DNA from: Anaerolineae bacterium
Lineage (GTDB): Bacteria; Chloroflexota; Anaerolineae; Promineifilales; Promineifilaceae
Reading direction: 5' to 3'
Assembly (NCBI GenBank): GCA_024762695.1
Contig: JANTGY010000016.1
Span: 1,475-25,474 of the forward strand
Length of the DNA: 24,000 nucleotides
Positions 6,899 through 15,950 of this stretch are shown piece after piece. A program made the position numbers and the translations under genes. Every line of letters starts with the position of its first letter. Positions within the stretch are counted from its first letter, which is position 1. A model generated the notes under the pieces. It did no database searches and had not been told where the DNA came from. It saw only the letters and a list, made by a program, of their open reading frames with translations.

Positions 6899-9649
6899 AT
6901 GCCACGACGAGCTTGGGCATATATTTGGTTTATTTTTATCACAGGCATGATTGTCGTTCTGTTGGCCGGACTGGATTTCAGCGTCACCGGTAGCTTATCA
7001 GAACAATGGCCCATCCTCGTGGCTTTGACAATTTTCGCTACGCTGGCCCAATTGTTTAAAGCTGAAGCGCCCGATCATCAAATTTATCATACAACCCTGG
7101 TCTTTCAATTTGCCGGGGTCGTTTTGCTTCATCCTGCTCTCTTTGCATTCTTAATCATCATTCCACATTTAGCAGAATGGGTGCGGGAACGATTATTTGT
7201 TGAGAACAGCCGCCATCTACGCGATTGGTATTTGCAACCCTTTAATATCTTCCTCCATATTATCGTTGGCGCATTAACGCATATTGTCTATTTCTCGCTT
7301 TCGAATGTATTAGTTGAATTTGGCAATGTGGCGGCGCTGATAACGGCCGTTACCGCCGCCGCCATCTACGTTATCCTCAACCACCTCCTCGTCGGGTTAG
7401 CCATCGTCTTCGCCAGAGGCGTATCCTTGCGCGAATCAGGCATCATGGCCGCCAGCAGCCTCGTCGCCGACCTGGTATCACTGCTCATGGGCTACGCAGT
7501 ATCCGTATTTTGGCAAATCAACTTGTGGCTGGTTTGGATCGCTCTAGCGCCGTTAATCGTCATCTACCGCGCTCTATCCATCCCCAATTTAGAACGCCAG
7601 GCCCAAATGGATGCCAAAACGGCAGTGTGGAACGCCGGCTATTTCAAAACAGCGCTGCAAACTGAACTTAACCGCGCCCAAAGTTTGCGCCGTCCCTTAA
7701 CGCTGGTCATGGCCGATTTAGATTATCTACGCCGCGTCAACAACACCTACGGCCACTTGGCCGGCGACGCCGTCTTACAAGGCGTGGCCCGCATTCTGCG
7801 CGAATCGGCCCATGACTTCGACATCGTTTCTCGTTTTGGCGGCGAAGAATTCGCCATTCTTATGCCGGAAACAACAGCAGAGCAAGCGCTGGAACGCATC
7901 GAGATCATGCGCAATGCCATCGCCGCAGCCGAATTCACTTCAACCGTCCACGATGAGATCATCAAAGTCACCATGAGTTTTGGCATTGCCGCCCGCAAAG
8001 GTGACAGCCAATCAGCCGCCGACATCGTCCACTGCGCCGATATAGCCGTCTACCAGGCCAAGGAAAACGGCCGTAACCGTAGCTACATCTACGACTACAA
8101 ACGAGACCGCAACCTAAAACTCCCCAACGCAGCCAGCGAACTACCCGAAACGCCAACCAACACCGCGAAGCCCCTCCTCCCCACAATTTCCATCCCCAAC
8201 CATGCAGTTCCAGCCCCCCCAGGCAAAACAGCGGCTCCCGAAAAACAGGCGTCCGAAATCACCTCTCCACAAATGTCGCCGCAGGTCAAGACTTACATAG
8301 TCAGCGTCGCCATCTTCGCCGCCACCTTAATAATGCTGTCCTATCCATTCGATTTAGCCCCGGATTGGACAGGATTACTAGCCTTTGTCGGTCTGGTACT
8401 GTTAGTCGAAGCCCTGTCCGTCGAAATTCATGTCCGCGACTCAACAGTCTCCACCTCAGTCGCGCCCTACATGGCCGCCATTCTACTCTTTGGCCCCATC
8501 GCCGCCGTCATCATTGCGCCGATCATCGCCCTGGTCAATCTCATTAAACGGCGCGGCCCCTTCTCACGCGCCCTTTTCAATACCGGCAACCACGCCATTA
8601 CCGGCTTGTTGTGCGCTGAGTTCATCCTATTCAGCGGCCGGGCCATCACCACCTGGCCGATCATGGTTCAAATCATGGTTAGCCTGGCCACAATCAGCTT
8701 TGCTTACTTCGTCACCACTGGACTGCTGGCTGTCGCCATCAGCCTGGACAGCGACCAACCGCTTTCGCGCGTATGGACAGAACGTTTCCGATGGCTGGCG
8801 CCTTACTACCTGGCCCTCGGCTTCGTCGTCTACGCCCTTATTTTTAGCTACGTCTCCGCTGGCATCTTAGGCATTTTAGTCGTCCTGGTTCCCCTGCTCA
8901 TGCTGCGATTCAGCCAAAAACAATACGTTGACCACACAGAAGAGCTTGTTCAACAATTACGCGCCAACAACCAGGAACTACGCATCCAGTCCGAAGAAAT
9001 CACCCTACTCAACGAAGAGTTATTGCTCACCCTGGCCCGCTCTATTGACCTGCGCGACCCTTACGTAATGGAACATGCTAAAAACGTGGCCCGCTACGCC
9101 GTTCTAACCGCGCAAGAATTGGGGCTATCCCCAGAACGCATTGAGCACATCCGTAAAGCAGGACTTTTACACGACATTGGCAAACTGGGCATTCCTGAAG
9201 TCGTCCTATTCAAGCCGTCTGATTTAACAGATGATGAATACGAACTCATTAAAGAGCATGTCAACATCGGAGCCGAACTTATTTACGGCTGCCACTCCCT
9301 CCACAATCTCATTCCATTTGTGCAACACCATCATGAACGCTTCGATGGCAAAGGCTACCCCAGTCAAATATCTGGCGAAGAGATTCCTCTGGAAGCGCGC
9401 ATCCTAAATCTGGCCGATGCGGTGGAAGCAATGGCCTCCGATCGCCCTTATAAATTAGCCGAATCGCCAGAAGAAATTTTAGAAGAAGTCACCCGCTGCG
9501 CCGGCGGCCAATTCGATCCCAATGTCGTAGAAGCTTTCCGGCGCGTGGTAGACAAGTATGGCTACAGCGTCATCGTCAATTCGGCCCGCAACGTGCAGGC
9601 CGGCGCATACGCCTCGGTCAAAACGCTTAGCCAGGAACCCCATCGCTAA
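6899..9649 (+). CDS. bifunctional c-di-GMP protein: membrane module 1 + GGDEF + Pro-rich linker + membrane module 2 + HD-GYP
   Basis: GGAGG 8 nt upstream of the ATG at 6899 (the ORF track begins at a TTG at 6818). About 8 TM helices; GGDEF domain about 7610..8095 with GGEEF at 7838..7852; second block of about 7 TM helices (about 8280..8910); HD-GYP domain with LHDIGK and HHERFDGKGYP (about 9030..9560). Confidence 0.85.
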   Translation: MPRRAWAYIWFIFITGMIVVLLAGLDFSVTGSLSEQWPILVALTIFATLAQLFKAEAPDHQIYHTTLVFQFAGVVLLHPALFAFLIIIPHLAEWVRERLFVENSRHLRDWYLQPFNIFLHIIVGALTHIVYFSLSNVLVEFGNVAALITAVTAAAIYVILNHLLVGLAIVFARGVSLRESGIMAASSLVADLVSLLMGYAVSVFWQINLWLVWIALAPLIVIYRALSIPNLERQAQMDAKTAVWNAGYFKTALQTELNRAQSLRRPLTLVMADLDYLRRVNNTYGHLAGDAVLQGVARILRESAHDFDIVSRFGGEEFAILMPETTAEQALERIEIMRNAIAAAEFTSTVHDEIIKVTMSFGIAARKGDSQSAADIVHCADIAVYQAKENGRNRSYIYDYKRDRNLKLPNAASELPETPTNTAKPLLPTISIPNHAVPAPPGKTAAPEKQASEITSPQMSPQVKTYIVSVAIFAATLIMLSYPFDLAPDWTGLLAFVGLVLLVEALSVEIHVRDSTVSTSVAPYMAAILLFGPIAAVIIAPIIALVNLIKRRGPFSRALFNTGNHAITGLLCAEFILFSGRAITTWPIMVQIMVSLATISFAYFVTTGLLAVAISLDSDQPLSRVWTERFRWLAPYYLALGFVVYALIFSYVSAGILGILVVLVPLLMLRFSQKQYVDHTEELVQQLRANNQELRIQSEEITLLNEELLLTLARSIDLRDPYVMEHAKNVARYAVLTAQELGLSPERIEHIRKAGLLHDIGKLGIPEVVLFKPSDLTDDEYELIKEHVNIGAELIYGCHSLHNLIPFVQHHHERFDGKGYPSQISGEEIPLEARILNLADAVEAMASDRPYKLAESPEEILEEVTRCAGGQFDPNVVEAFRRVVDKYGYSVIVNSARNVQAGAYASVKTLSQEPHR

Positions 9650-9672
9650 TCGATTATGGTTTAACTGTATCG

Positions 9673-9697
9673 GTCATTCCTGCGAAGGCAGGAATCC
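9673..9697. repeat. REP-like palindromic element, copy B (hairpin between convergent genes)
   Basis: GTC-ATTCCTGC-gaag-GCAGGAAT-CC. Same ATTCC-N8-GGAAT format as 1547..1566. Confidence 0.6.
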
Positions 9698-9730
9698 AAG
9701 TCTGACAGTCAAGAAATGTCTGTGTAGATA

Positions 9731-10498
9731 TTATGGTTTTAACTTGAGTGGGTTCGCTTCACGAATCAACGCCCGCGCCAAAATTACAGCCGGGTCAATG
9801 ACAATGAGTTCATCCAGGCGCGTTTCGGGGATGGCTAACGGTATTTCGGTACAGCCCAAAATCACAGCTTCCGCCCCTTGTTGACGCAAATTTTCTACGC
9901 CTTGCAACAACCCTTCTCTGGCTCTCTGGGCATGGCGGCCCAGCGCTTTGATGCCATAGTGGGGATGGTAAATGGCCGGGTGAATAACCTCGGTTTGCAA
10001 TTGCTTGTCGGGAACAAGCGTCGTCAACCCTTTTGGTTCCAACAAATCAGGATAAATTTGCGCCCGATAAGTCCCGGTGGTGGACAGAACGCCGATGCGT
10101 CGGAGGCGCGGGTATTGCTGGCGGATATGCTGCGCGGTTTCGGCGATCATGTGCAAGAATTTGATTTGGCTGCCAGCGGCTTGCAGTTGGGCCATAACGA
10201 CATCGAAGATGGGCGGAGCATGGGCGGTGTTGCAAGGAATGGCGGCGATGGCGGCTCCGGCGCGTTCCAATTGTTGCAGTTGGTTGAAGATGGCGTAAGC
10301 AGGGTTCTCCGCTGTCTGCCCCAATAAGAATGCGGTCCGATCTGGCAGTTGGTTGGGCTGCGACAGGCTAATTACCGTTAAATGTTCTTGGTCTGTCTCG
10401 GCGAGAGTCTCTTGCAAAATTTTGCCCAATAAATCCAGCCCGGCAAACGGCCCTGCGCCGCCCACAACGCCGATGACTTTCTCATCAGTTTGATTCAT
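9731..10498 (-). CDS. aspartate/glutamate racemase family protein
   Basis: 255 aa. IGVVGGAGPFAG plus the two catalytic Cys contexts IPCNTAH and LGCTEIP. GGAG upstream. Starts 9 nt after the upstream methyltransferase gene. Confidence 0.85.
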   Translation of the reverse strand: MNQTDEKVIGVVGGAGPFAGLDLLGKILQETLAETDQEHLTVISLSQPNQLPDRTAFLLGQTAENPAYAIFNQLQQLERAGAAIAAIPCNTAHAPPIFDVVMAQLQAAGSQIKFLHMIAETAQHIRQQYPRLRRIGVLSTTGTYRAQIYPDLLEPKGLTTLVPDKQLQTEVIHPAIYHPHYGIKALGRHAQRAREGLLQGVENLRQQGAEAVILGCTEIPLAIPETRLDELIVIDPAVILARALIREANPLKLKP

Positions 10499-10507
10499 AT
10501 CGCTCCA

Positions 10508-11692
10508 TCAAGCCGGTTTTTGCACAAGCGCGGCCCGGAAGCCGCGCCGTTTTTTGTCTTTTTGCAGCCTCAAGCGCCCTAAATTGGGCAGTAATCGCTG
10601 CATCAGACTGCTTTTGGCGCTGATCAGAACCTGGCCGTTGGGCGCGAGTAAGGCGTCCAGTTGACTTGGCAGGAGGTCGGGCCAGGGAACGCCGGGATCG
10701 GCGTCGGGGAAAGCGACGATGAAATCATATTGGCCGTCTAAATCCAAAATGGAAGGCTGATGTGCCGTTGAAATTTTAGCCTGTTCAAGGCCATTTTCGA
10801 CTAGATTTTGGGCGGAAATGGTCAGGCTGAGTAAATCGCGGCTGCCCAATGTGATGGCGGACACGGCCGTTCCCCACCTCTTCCCCATATAAACCGGCAC
10901 ATGCCCCTGCCCTGGATTCCACACAAGGACACGGCCGTTCACCATCACATCTTTCAACAAGTCATAGGCAACGGCCGTCTGGAAGCCCAATTGGTCAAAC
11001 TCTGGCAGATTGTAGACGGTCTGCAATTGGTAGGCGGCGCGGGGCGCTTTGAAGCGGGATTGGGCGCGGAAGTAAGGCGGCAATGGGTTCGTAGACACGG
11101 ACGTCTCGCCACCCCGAAAATGGAATACCGTGTATCCCTTGCCCGCTTCCTTCAACAGCATCTCGCTGCCCTGTTTTTGTAATTGCGCTTCGATATGGTC
11201 GGCTAACGGCCGTACAATCACCACCGCCGCTAGCCCTGTTTCCGTCAAATGGCGCGGCATTCGGGCCAGCATATCGGCCAGCGCCGACTCGCCCGCCTTG
11301 CCCGGCAAATTAGAGACGATTAAATCAAAACGGCCGTCGCCCAAACCCTGCAAAGCCAATCCGCCGGGGACAGCGACATCGGCCAGCTTGTTCAAACGCG
11401 CATTGCGCTGCGCGAAGGCTAACGCCAGCGCATCCCGGTCTTGCGCCGTCAGCGCGATGGCCGGATTAACCTTTTGCAAGCTCAATCCAATCACGCCCAC
11501 GCCGCAGCCCACATCCAAAACGGCGCCAATTTCGGCCAGCGGAACCTCTTTGGCGATGGTTTTGAGCAGCAGCCGCGTCCCCTGATCCACGTCAAAACTG
11601 CTAAACAACGACTGCGACAAATCAAACTGCAATTCCTGACGGTAAAAGCGGAATTTGACCCGCTTGTTGACGAATAAGTCCAGATTACTCAT
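10508..11692 (-). CDS. class I SAM-dependent methyltransferase (RsmC/RlmG-like small-domain type)
   Basis: FSSFDVDQGTRLLL, the SAM motif VLDVGCGVGVIGL, and DLIVSNLPGK in place of NPPFH. Its start codon overlaps the ABC gene stop (ATGA at 11689..11692). Confidence 0.65.
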   Translation of the reverse strand: MSNLDLFVNKRVKFRFYRQELQFDLSQSLFSSFDVDQGTRLLLKTIAKEVPLAEIGAVLDVGCGVGVIGLSLQKVNPAIALTAQDRDALALAFAQRNARLNKLADVAVPGGLALQGLGDGRFDLIVSNLPGKAGESALADMLARMPRHLTETGLAAVVIVRPLADHIEAQLQKQGSEMLLKEAGKGYTVFHFRGGETSVSTNPLPPYFRAQSRFKAPRAAYQLQTVYNLPEFDQLGFQTAVAYDLLKDVMVNGRVLVWNPGQGHVPVYMGKRWGTAVSAITLGSRDLLSLTISAQNLVENGLEQAKISTAHQPSILDLDGQYDFIVAFPDADPGVPWPDLLPSQLDALLAPNGQVLISAKSSLMQRLLPNLGRLRLQKDKKRRGFRAALVQKPA

Positions 11693-13512
11693 GCGGGAGA
11701 CGCTCCGGTGGCAAATTGCATTTGGTGGAGGCGGAAGTACAACCCCGCCTCGTCGGCCAGTAAATCAAGATGCGCTCCTTGCTCGACAACCTGCCCCTTA
11801 TCCAACACCAACACCCAATCGGCGTTGACGACGGTGCTTAAACGATGGGCGATGACGAAGGAGGTACGGCCGTCCATTAACCGTTCCAACGCCGCCTGCA
11901 CCAAACGCTCGCTCTCGCTGTCCAGTGATGAGGTGGCTTCGTCCAGGATGAGAATGCGCGGGTCTTTGAGGATAGCGCGGGCGATGGCGATGCGCTGCCG
12001 CTGGCCGCCGCTGAGCTTGACGCCGCGCTCGCCGACCATTGTCTGGTAGCCGTCGGCCAATTCGTTTTGGATGAAATCGTGGGCATTGGCCGCCCGCGCC
12101 GCCACTTCAATTTCTTCCTGTGTCGCGTCCAACTTTCCGTAGCGGATGTTGGCCTCAACGGTGTCGGAGAACAAAATCGTTTCTTGGGGAACGATACCGA
12201 TTTGGCGGCGTAAGCTTTGACTGGTCACGTCGCGGATGTCACGGCCGTCTATGCTGATACGGCCGTCGCCCACATCATAAAAGCGCGGAATCAGGTTCAC
12301 CAATGTGGATTTTCCAGCTCCGCTCGGCCCAACCAAAGCAATAACCTGCCCCGGTTCGGCGGTGAAGGAGACATTTTTCAGCACCGCGACTGAGGGCACA
12401 TAATCAAAGGCGACATTTTCGAAGGCGACACGGCCGTTTACCGGCGGCAATGGCTGAGCGTCAGGCAAATCGGTGATTTCTGGCTCCGTATCCAGCAAGC
12501 CAAACAACCGCTCCGTTGCCCCCAACGCCGATTGGAATTGGGCGTACAGCCCGGCCAACGACGCAATCGGCCCGGCCACCATCATCGTGTACACCAAATA
12601 AGCCACCAGCCCGCCTGCCGTCAACCGCCCCTGGATAACCTCAAAGCTGCCATACCACAGCGTAAATGTGATGGACGCGAAGGCCATAAAGCCAATAATC
12701 GGCCCCAAAAACGAGGACACTTTGGCCCGATACATCGCCGCTGCAAAGGTTTCGTTAACCTTACCGCTAAAACGGCCGATTTCATGCGTTTCACGAGCAA
12801 ATGATTTGACAATGCGGATGCCGGAGACCGTCTCTTCGACGACATTGGCCGCTTCCGCCAGCGCGTCCTGCACCTGTTTCGACGCTGTGCGGATTTTGCG
12901 CCCCAGCCAGACCATTGTCAAGGTGATCACGGGAATGCCGGCCAAAATGACCAGCGTCAACCGCCAGTTGAGGTAAAAGAGCAAAACGGCCGCCCCCAGC
13001 AGGGTGACGATTTGGCGTAATAAGGCGACGAGATTGTCGGTTACGGCCGTTTGCAGCAAGCTCACATCATTCGTCAACCGCGAGATAAACTCGCCCGTGC
13101 GCCGGTCGGCATAATAACTGAGCGACAGCCGCTGCAAATGCGTGTACACGCCTATGCGAATATCGGCCACCGCCCGCTCACCCACATAAGCCAGCGACAG
13201 CCGATGCACAAAACTGAACAGCGCCTGTACGATAAAAACCGCCAGCAGAGCCAATGCCAACTGGTTCAATCGCGGCAAATCCAAATCAATCAAGACAAAA
13301 TCCACCAGGCTGCGAATCACCAGCGGCAAAATCAGCCCCAAAGCCACGCTAAACAGCAGGGCAATGATGGACACAATCATCCATTTTCGATATGGCTTGA
13401 CATAAGCCAATAGGCGGGAATAGGTGTGCAGGCTTTCCCGCGTCAAGCGCGGCGCTTGTTTGTCCGGGTCGGCTTCATGGCCCCGGCCCACTCGTCGTAA
13501 TCGTAAAGTCAT
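11689..13512 (-). CDS. ABC exporter, fused permease/ATPase (MsbA/ABCB-like)
   Basis: 607 aa. Six-TM ABC_membrane region, Walker A GPSGAGKST, signature LSGGQRQRIAIARA, Walker B ILILDEATSSLD. Confidence 0.9.
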   Translation of the reverse strand: MTLRLRRVGRGHEADPDKQAPRLTRESLHTYSRLLAYVKPYRKWMIVSIIALLFSVALGLILPLVIRSLVDFVLIDLDLPRLNQLALALLAVFIVQALFSFVHRLSLAYVGERAVADIRIGVYTHLQRLSLSYYADRRTGEFISRLTNDVSLLQTAVTDNLVALLRQIVTLLGAAVLLFYLNWRLTLVILAGIPVITLTMVWLGRKIRTASKQVQDALAEAANVVEETVSGIRIVKSFARETHEIGRFSGKVNETFAAAMYRAKVSSFLGPIIGFMAFASITFTLWYGSFEVIQGRLTAGGLVAYLVYTMMVAGPIASLAGLYAQFQSALGATERLFGLLDTEPEITDLPDAQPLPPVNGRVAFENVAFDYVPSVAVLKNVSFTAEPGQVIALVGPSGAGKSTLVNLIPRFYDVGDGRISIDGRDIRDVTSQSLRRQIGIVPQETILFSDTVEANIRYGKLDATQEEIEVAARAANAHDFIQNELADGYQTMVGERGVKLSGGQRQRIAIARAILKDPRILILDEATSSLDSESERLVQAALERLMDGRTSFVIAHRLSTVVNADWVLVLDKGQVVEQGAHLDLLADEAGLYFRLHQMQFATGASPA

Positions 13513-13588
13513 TTTTAACCTTTCCGCATTTTAGCGTTTCAACCGGTCAGCTTGTCAGCAATTCAGCTGCGAAATTGGACACGGAAGA

Positions 13589-13635
13589 ACGCGGATTGGC
13601 ACGGATAAGAAACCAAAATCCGTGTTAATCCGCGT
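13589..13635 (+). repeat. long intergenic hairpin (18-bp stem)
   Basis: ACGCGGATTGGCACGGAT-aagaaaccaaa-ATCCGTGTTAATCCGCGT. The two non-Watson-Crick positions are G-U pairs only on the + strand. Confidence 0.55.
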
Positions 13636-13677
13636 CCCAAAACTCTTTTCTTACCAAAATATAGTGCAACTGTACAG

Positions 13678-13755
13678 GTCATTCCCCGCCTTCGTGAGGG
13701 CAGTCTCTGCAAAGGCAGGAACCCATAACATGGATACCCACCTTCGCGGTATGAC
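13678..13755. repeat. REP-like palindromic element, copy C
   Basis: gtcattccccgccttcgtgagggcagtctctgcaaaggcaggaaccc...ggtatgac aligns with copy A (1481..1569). Confidence 0.6.
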
Positions 13756-13791
13756 AATCGGGAGATGCCTGCGTAAATTCATATCAGAAAT

Positions 13792-15711
13792 CTAATAATC
13801 AGAAGCCGCCCCAGCCCCCTTCTCCCCGGTCAGCGCCTCTCTTACAATGGCCACACCGCTGCTGGCTCCAATTCGATTAGCTCCAGCGGTGATGACGGCC
13901 AGCGCATCGGCATAAGTGCGTACGCCGCCAGACGCTTTGACTCCCGCCTTCACCCCCACTGTTTGCCGCATCAAGGCCACATCTTCCGGCGTGGCTCCGC
14001 CGCCGCTGAAACCGGTGGAGGTTTTGACGTAATCGGCCCCGGCGCGCACCGCCATCCGGCAGACCCGTTCTTTTTCGGCATCGGTCAGATAACTGGTCTC
14101 AATGATAACTTTGCACAACACATCATGCGCGTGGGCGGTGGCGACCACAGCGGCGATGTCGTCTTCGACCAGCTCATCATCCTTCGCTTTCAGCGCGCCA
14201 ATGTTGATGACCATATCAATTTCATCGGCTCCAGCCATGATGGCGGCGGCCGTTTCGGCCGCTTTGACGCTGGTCAACGTCGCCCCCAGCGGGAAACCGA
14301 CGACGGCGCAGGTTTTGACTTCGGTTCCGGCCAACTGGTCAGCCACAAAAGGCACGTGTCCGGCGTTAACACAGACCGAGGCGAAGTTGTATTCCTTCGC
14401 TTCGTCGCATACCTGAGCCACGTCGGCCTGGGTTGCATTGGCTTTGAGGATGGTATGGTCAATGATGCGGGCAATGCGGGCCGGGTCTTGCGCGATCCAA
14501 TCCAGCAACGGCCGTCCACTGATATGGTCTAAAGTTTTCAACATTTGATTTTTGAAGCTTTGTCCAGCCGACGTCGGCTCCACGCCTAACACATCGGCAA
14601 TCGTGGCCGCCAAATCGGCAAAGGAGGCGCGCACGCCGATATTAGCTCCGGCGCGCGCCGACTTACCGGCAATGAGGATGGGGACGTATTCGCGGGTGTG
14701 GTCGGTTCCAGGGAAAGTGGGATCGTTGCCATGATCGGCCGTGATGACCAAAATATCGTCGTCAGCCAGCGCATCCAAAATTTCCGGCAGGCGGCGATCA
14801 AATTCTTCCAGGGCGTCGCGGTAACCGCGCGGGTTGTTGCGATGACCGAATTTGGCATCGAAATCTACCAAATTGGTGAAGATGAGGCCGCGTTCGGTCT
14901 GTTTGCGCATGGCGGCGATGGTTTTGCTAATGCCGTCATTGTTATCTTGCGTGTAAACGTGCCCGGTGACGCCTTGTTTGTTGAAAATATCAATGATTTT
15001 GCCAACGCCAAAGGCCATCAAGCCCGCCTCTTTGAGGTTGTCCAGCAAGGTCGGTTCCGGCGGCGAGACGGAAAAATCGTGCCGGTTGGCGGTGCGGACG
15101 AATTGCCCCGGTTCGCCAACGAAGGGGCGGGCGATGACGCGGCCCACTTCATGCTCGCCGACCAAAATGTCGCGGGCGATCTGGCACATCTCGTATAATT
15201 CATCTGGCGGAATGACTTCTTCGTGGGCGGCGATTTGGAAGACACTGTCGCCGGAGGTGTAGACGATGGGCTGGCCGGTACGCATATGTTCGGCGCCCAA
15301 TTCTTCGATGATGACGGTGCCGGAGGCAGGGTAGTTGCCCAGGGCGGTCATGCCAATCATGCCCTCAAAATAGCCGATAACTTCGGGCGGAAAGCCGTTG
15401 GGATAGGTGGGGAACGGCCGTTTCAACTCCACGCCCATCAATTCCCAATGCCCGGTGGTCGTGTCCTTACCCGCCGAAACCTCAGCCATACGGCCGTAAA
15501 CGGCCGTTGGCTCCAGTTGCGGGTCAATGCCTTGTAAAACAGCAATGTTGCCCAGCCCCATCTTCTGCAAATTAGGCAGATTCAGGCCGCCAGTGACGCG
15601 GGCGATGTTGCCCAACGTATGACTGCCCACATCGCCAAAATCAGCCGCATCCGGCGCTTCGCCAATGCCTACGCTGTCTAACACAATTACGACAAAACGA
15701 TTAACGTTCAT
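13792..15711 (-). CDS. deoB-deoC: fusion protein: phosphopentomutase (DeoB, N-terminal) + deoxyribose-phosphate aldolase (DeoC, C-terminal)
   Basis: GGAG upstream of the ATG at 15711 ([22 protein letters not shown]..., a DeoB-type start). The DeoB part includes [10 protein letters not shown]. After about nt 14530 the protein reads [12 protein letters not shown]...FASVCVN...DYVKTSTGF...KASGGVR, the class I DERA motifs. One uninterrupted frame. Confidence 0.85.
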   Translation of the reverse strand: MNVNRFVVIVLDSVGIGEAPDAADFGDVGSHTLGNIARVTGGLNLPNLQKMGLGNIAVLQGIDPQLEPTAVYGRMAEVSAGKDTTTGHWELMGVELKRPFPTYPNGFPPEVIGYFEGMIGMTALGNYPASGTVIIEELGAEHMRTGQPIVYTSGDSVFQIAAHEEVIPPDELYEMCQIARDILVGEHEVGRVIARPFVGEPGQFVRTANRHDFSVSPPEPTLLDNLKEAGLMAFGVGKIIDIFNKQGVTGHVYTQDNNDGISKTIAAMRKQTERGLIFTNLVDFDAKFGHRNNPRGYRDALEEFDRRLPEILDALADDDILVITADHGNDPTFPGTDHTREYVPILIAGKSARAGANIGVRASFADLAATIADVLGVEPTSAGQSFKNQMLKTLDHISGRPLLDWIAQDPARIARIIDHTILKANATQADVAQVCDEAKEYNFASVCVNAGHVPFVADQLAGTEVKTCAVVGFPLGATLTSVKAAETAAAIMAGADEIDMVINIGALKAKDDELVEDDIAAVVATAHAHDVLCKVIIETSYLTDAEKERVCRMAVRAGADYVKTSTGFSGGGATPEDVALMRQTVGVKAGVKASGGVRTYADALAVITAGANRIGASSGVAIVREALTGEKGAGAASDY

Positions 15712-15728
15712 TTTTACTCCTATCAATC

Positions 15729-15771
15729 GCAAAGGACGCGAAGATCGCAAAAGAATCCCTGCGTCCTTTGC
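15729..15771. repeat. perfect 11-bp-stem hairpin in a divergent promoter region
   Basis: GCAAAGGACGC-(21 nt)-GCGTCCTTTGC. Confidence 0.5.
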
Positions 15772-15950
15772 GTGCTTTGCGGTTCATTATCACCCGGCAA
15801 AACAAAACCAGGCGCAGTAAAGGTATTATACCTCTCTTGCGTCTGGTTGGAATAATCGCCGCAATGCTGCCTATCAAATGTAGGACAAGCTGCTGATTAC
15901 AAACTTCTGATCGATTTCCGATCGTTTAATCCGTAAAGTAGCTTCTGACT

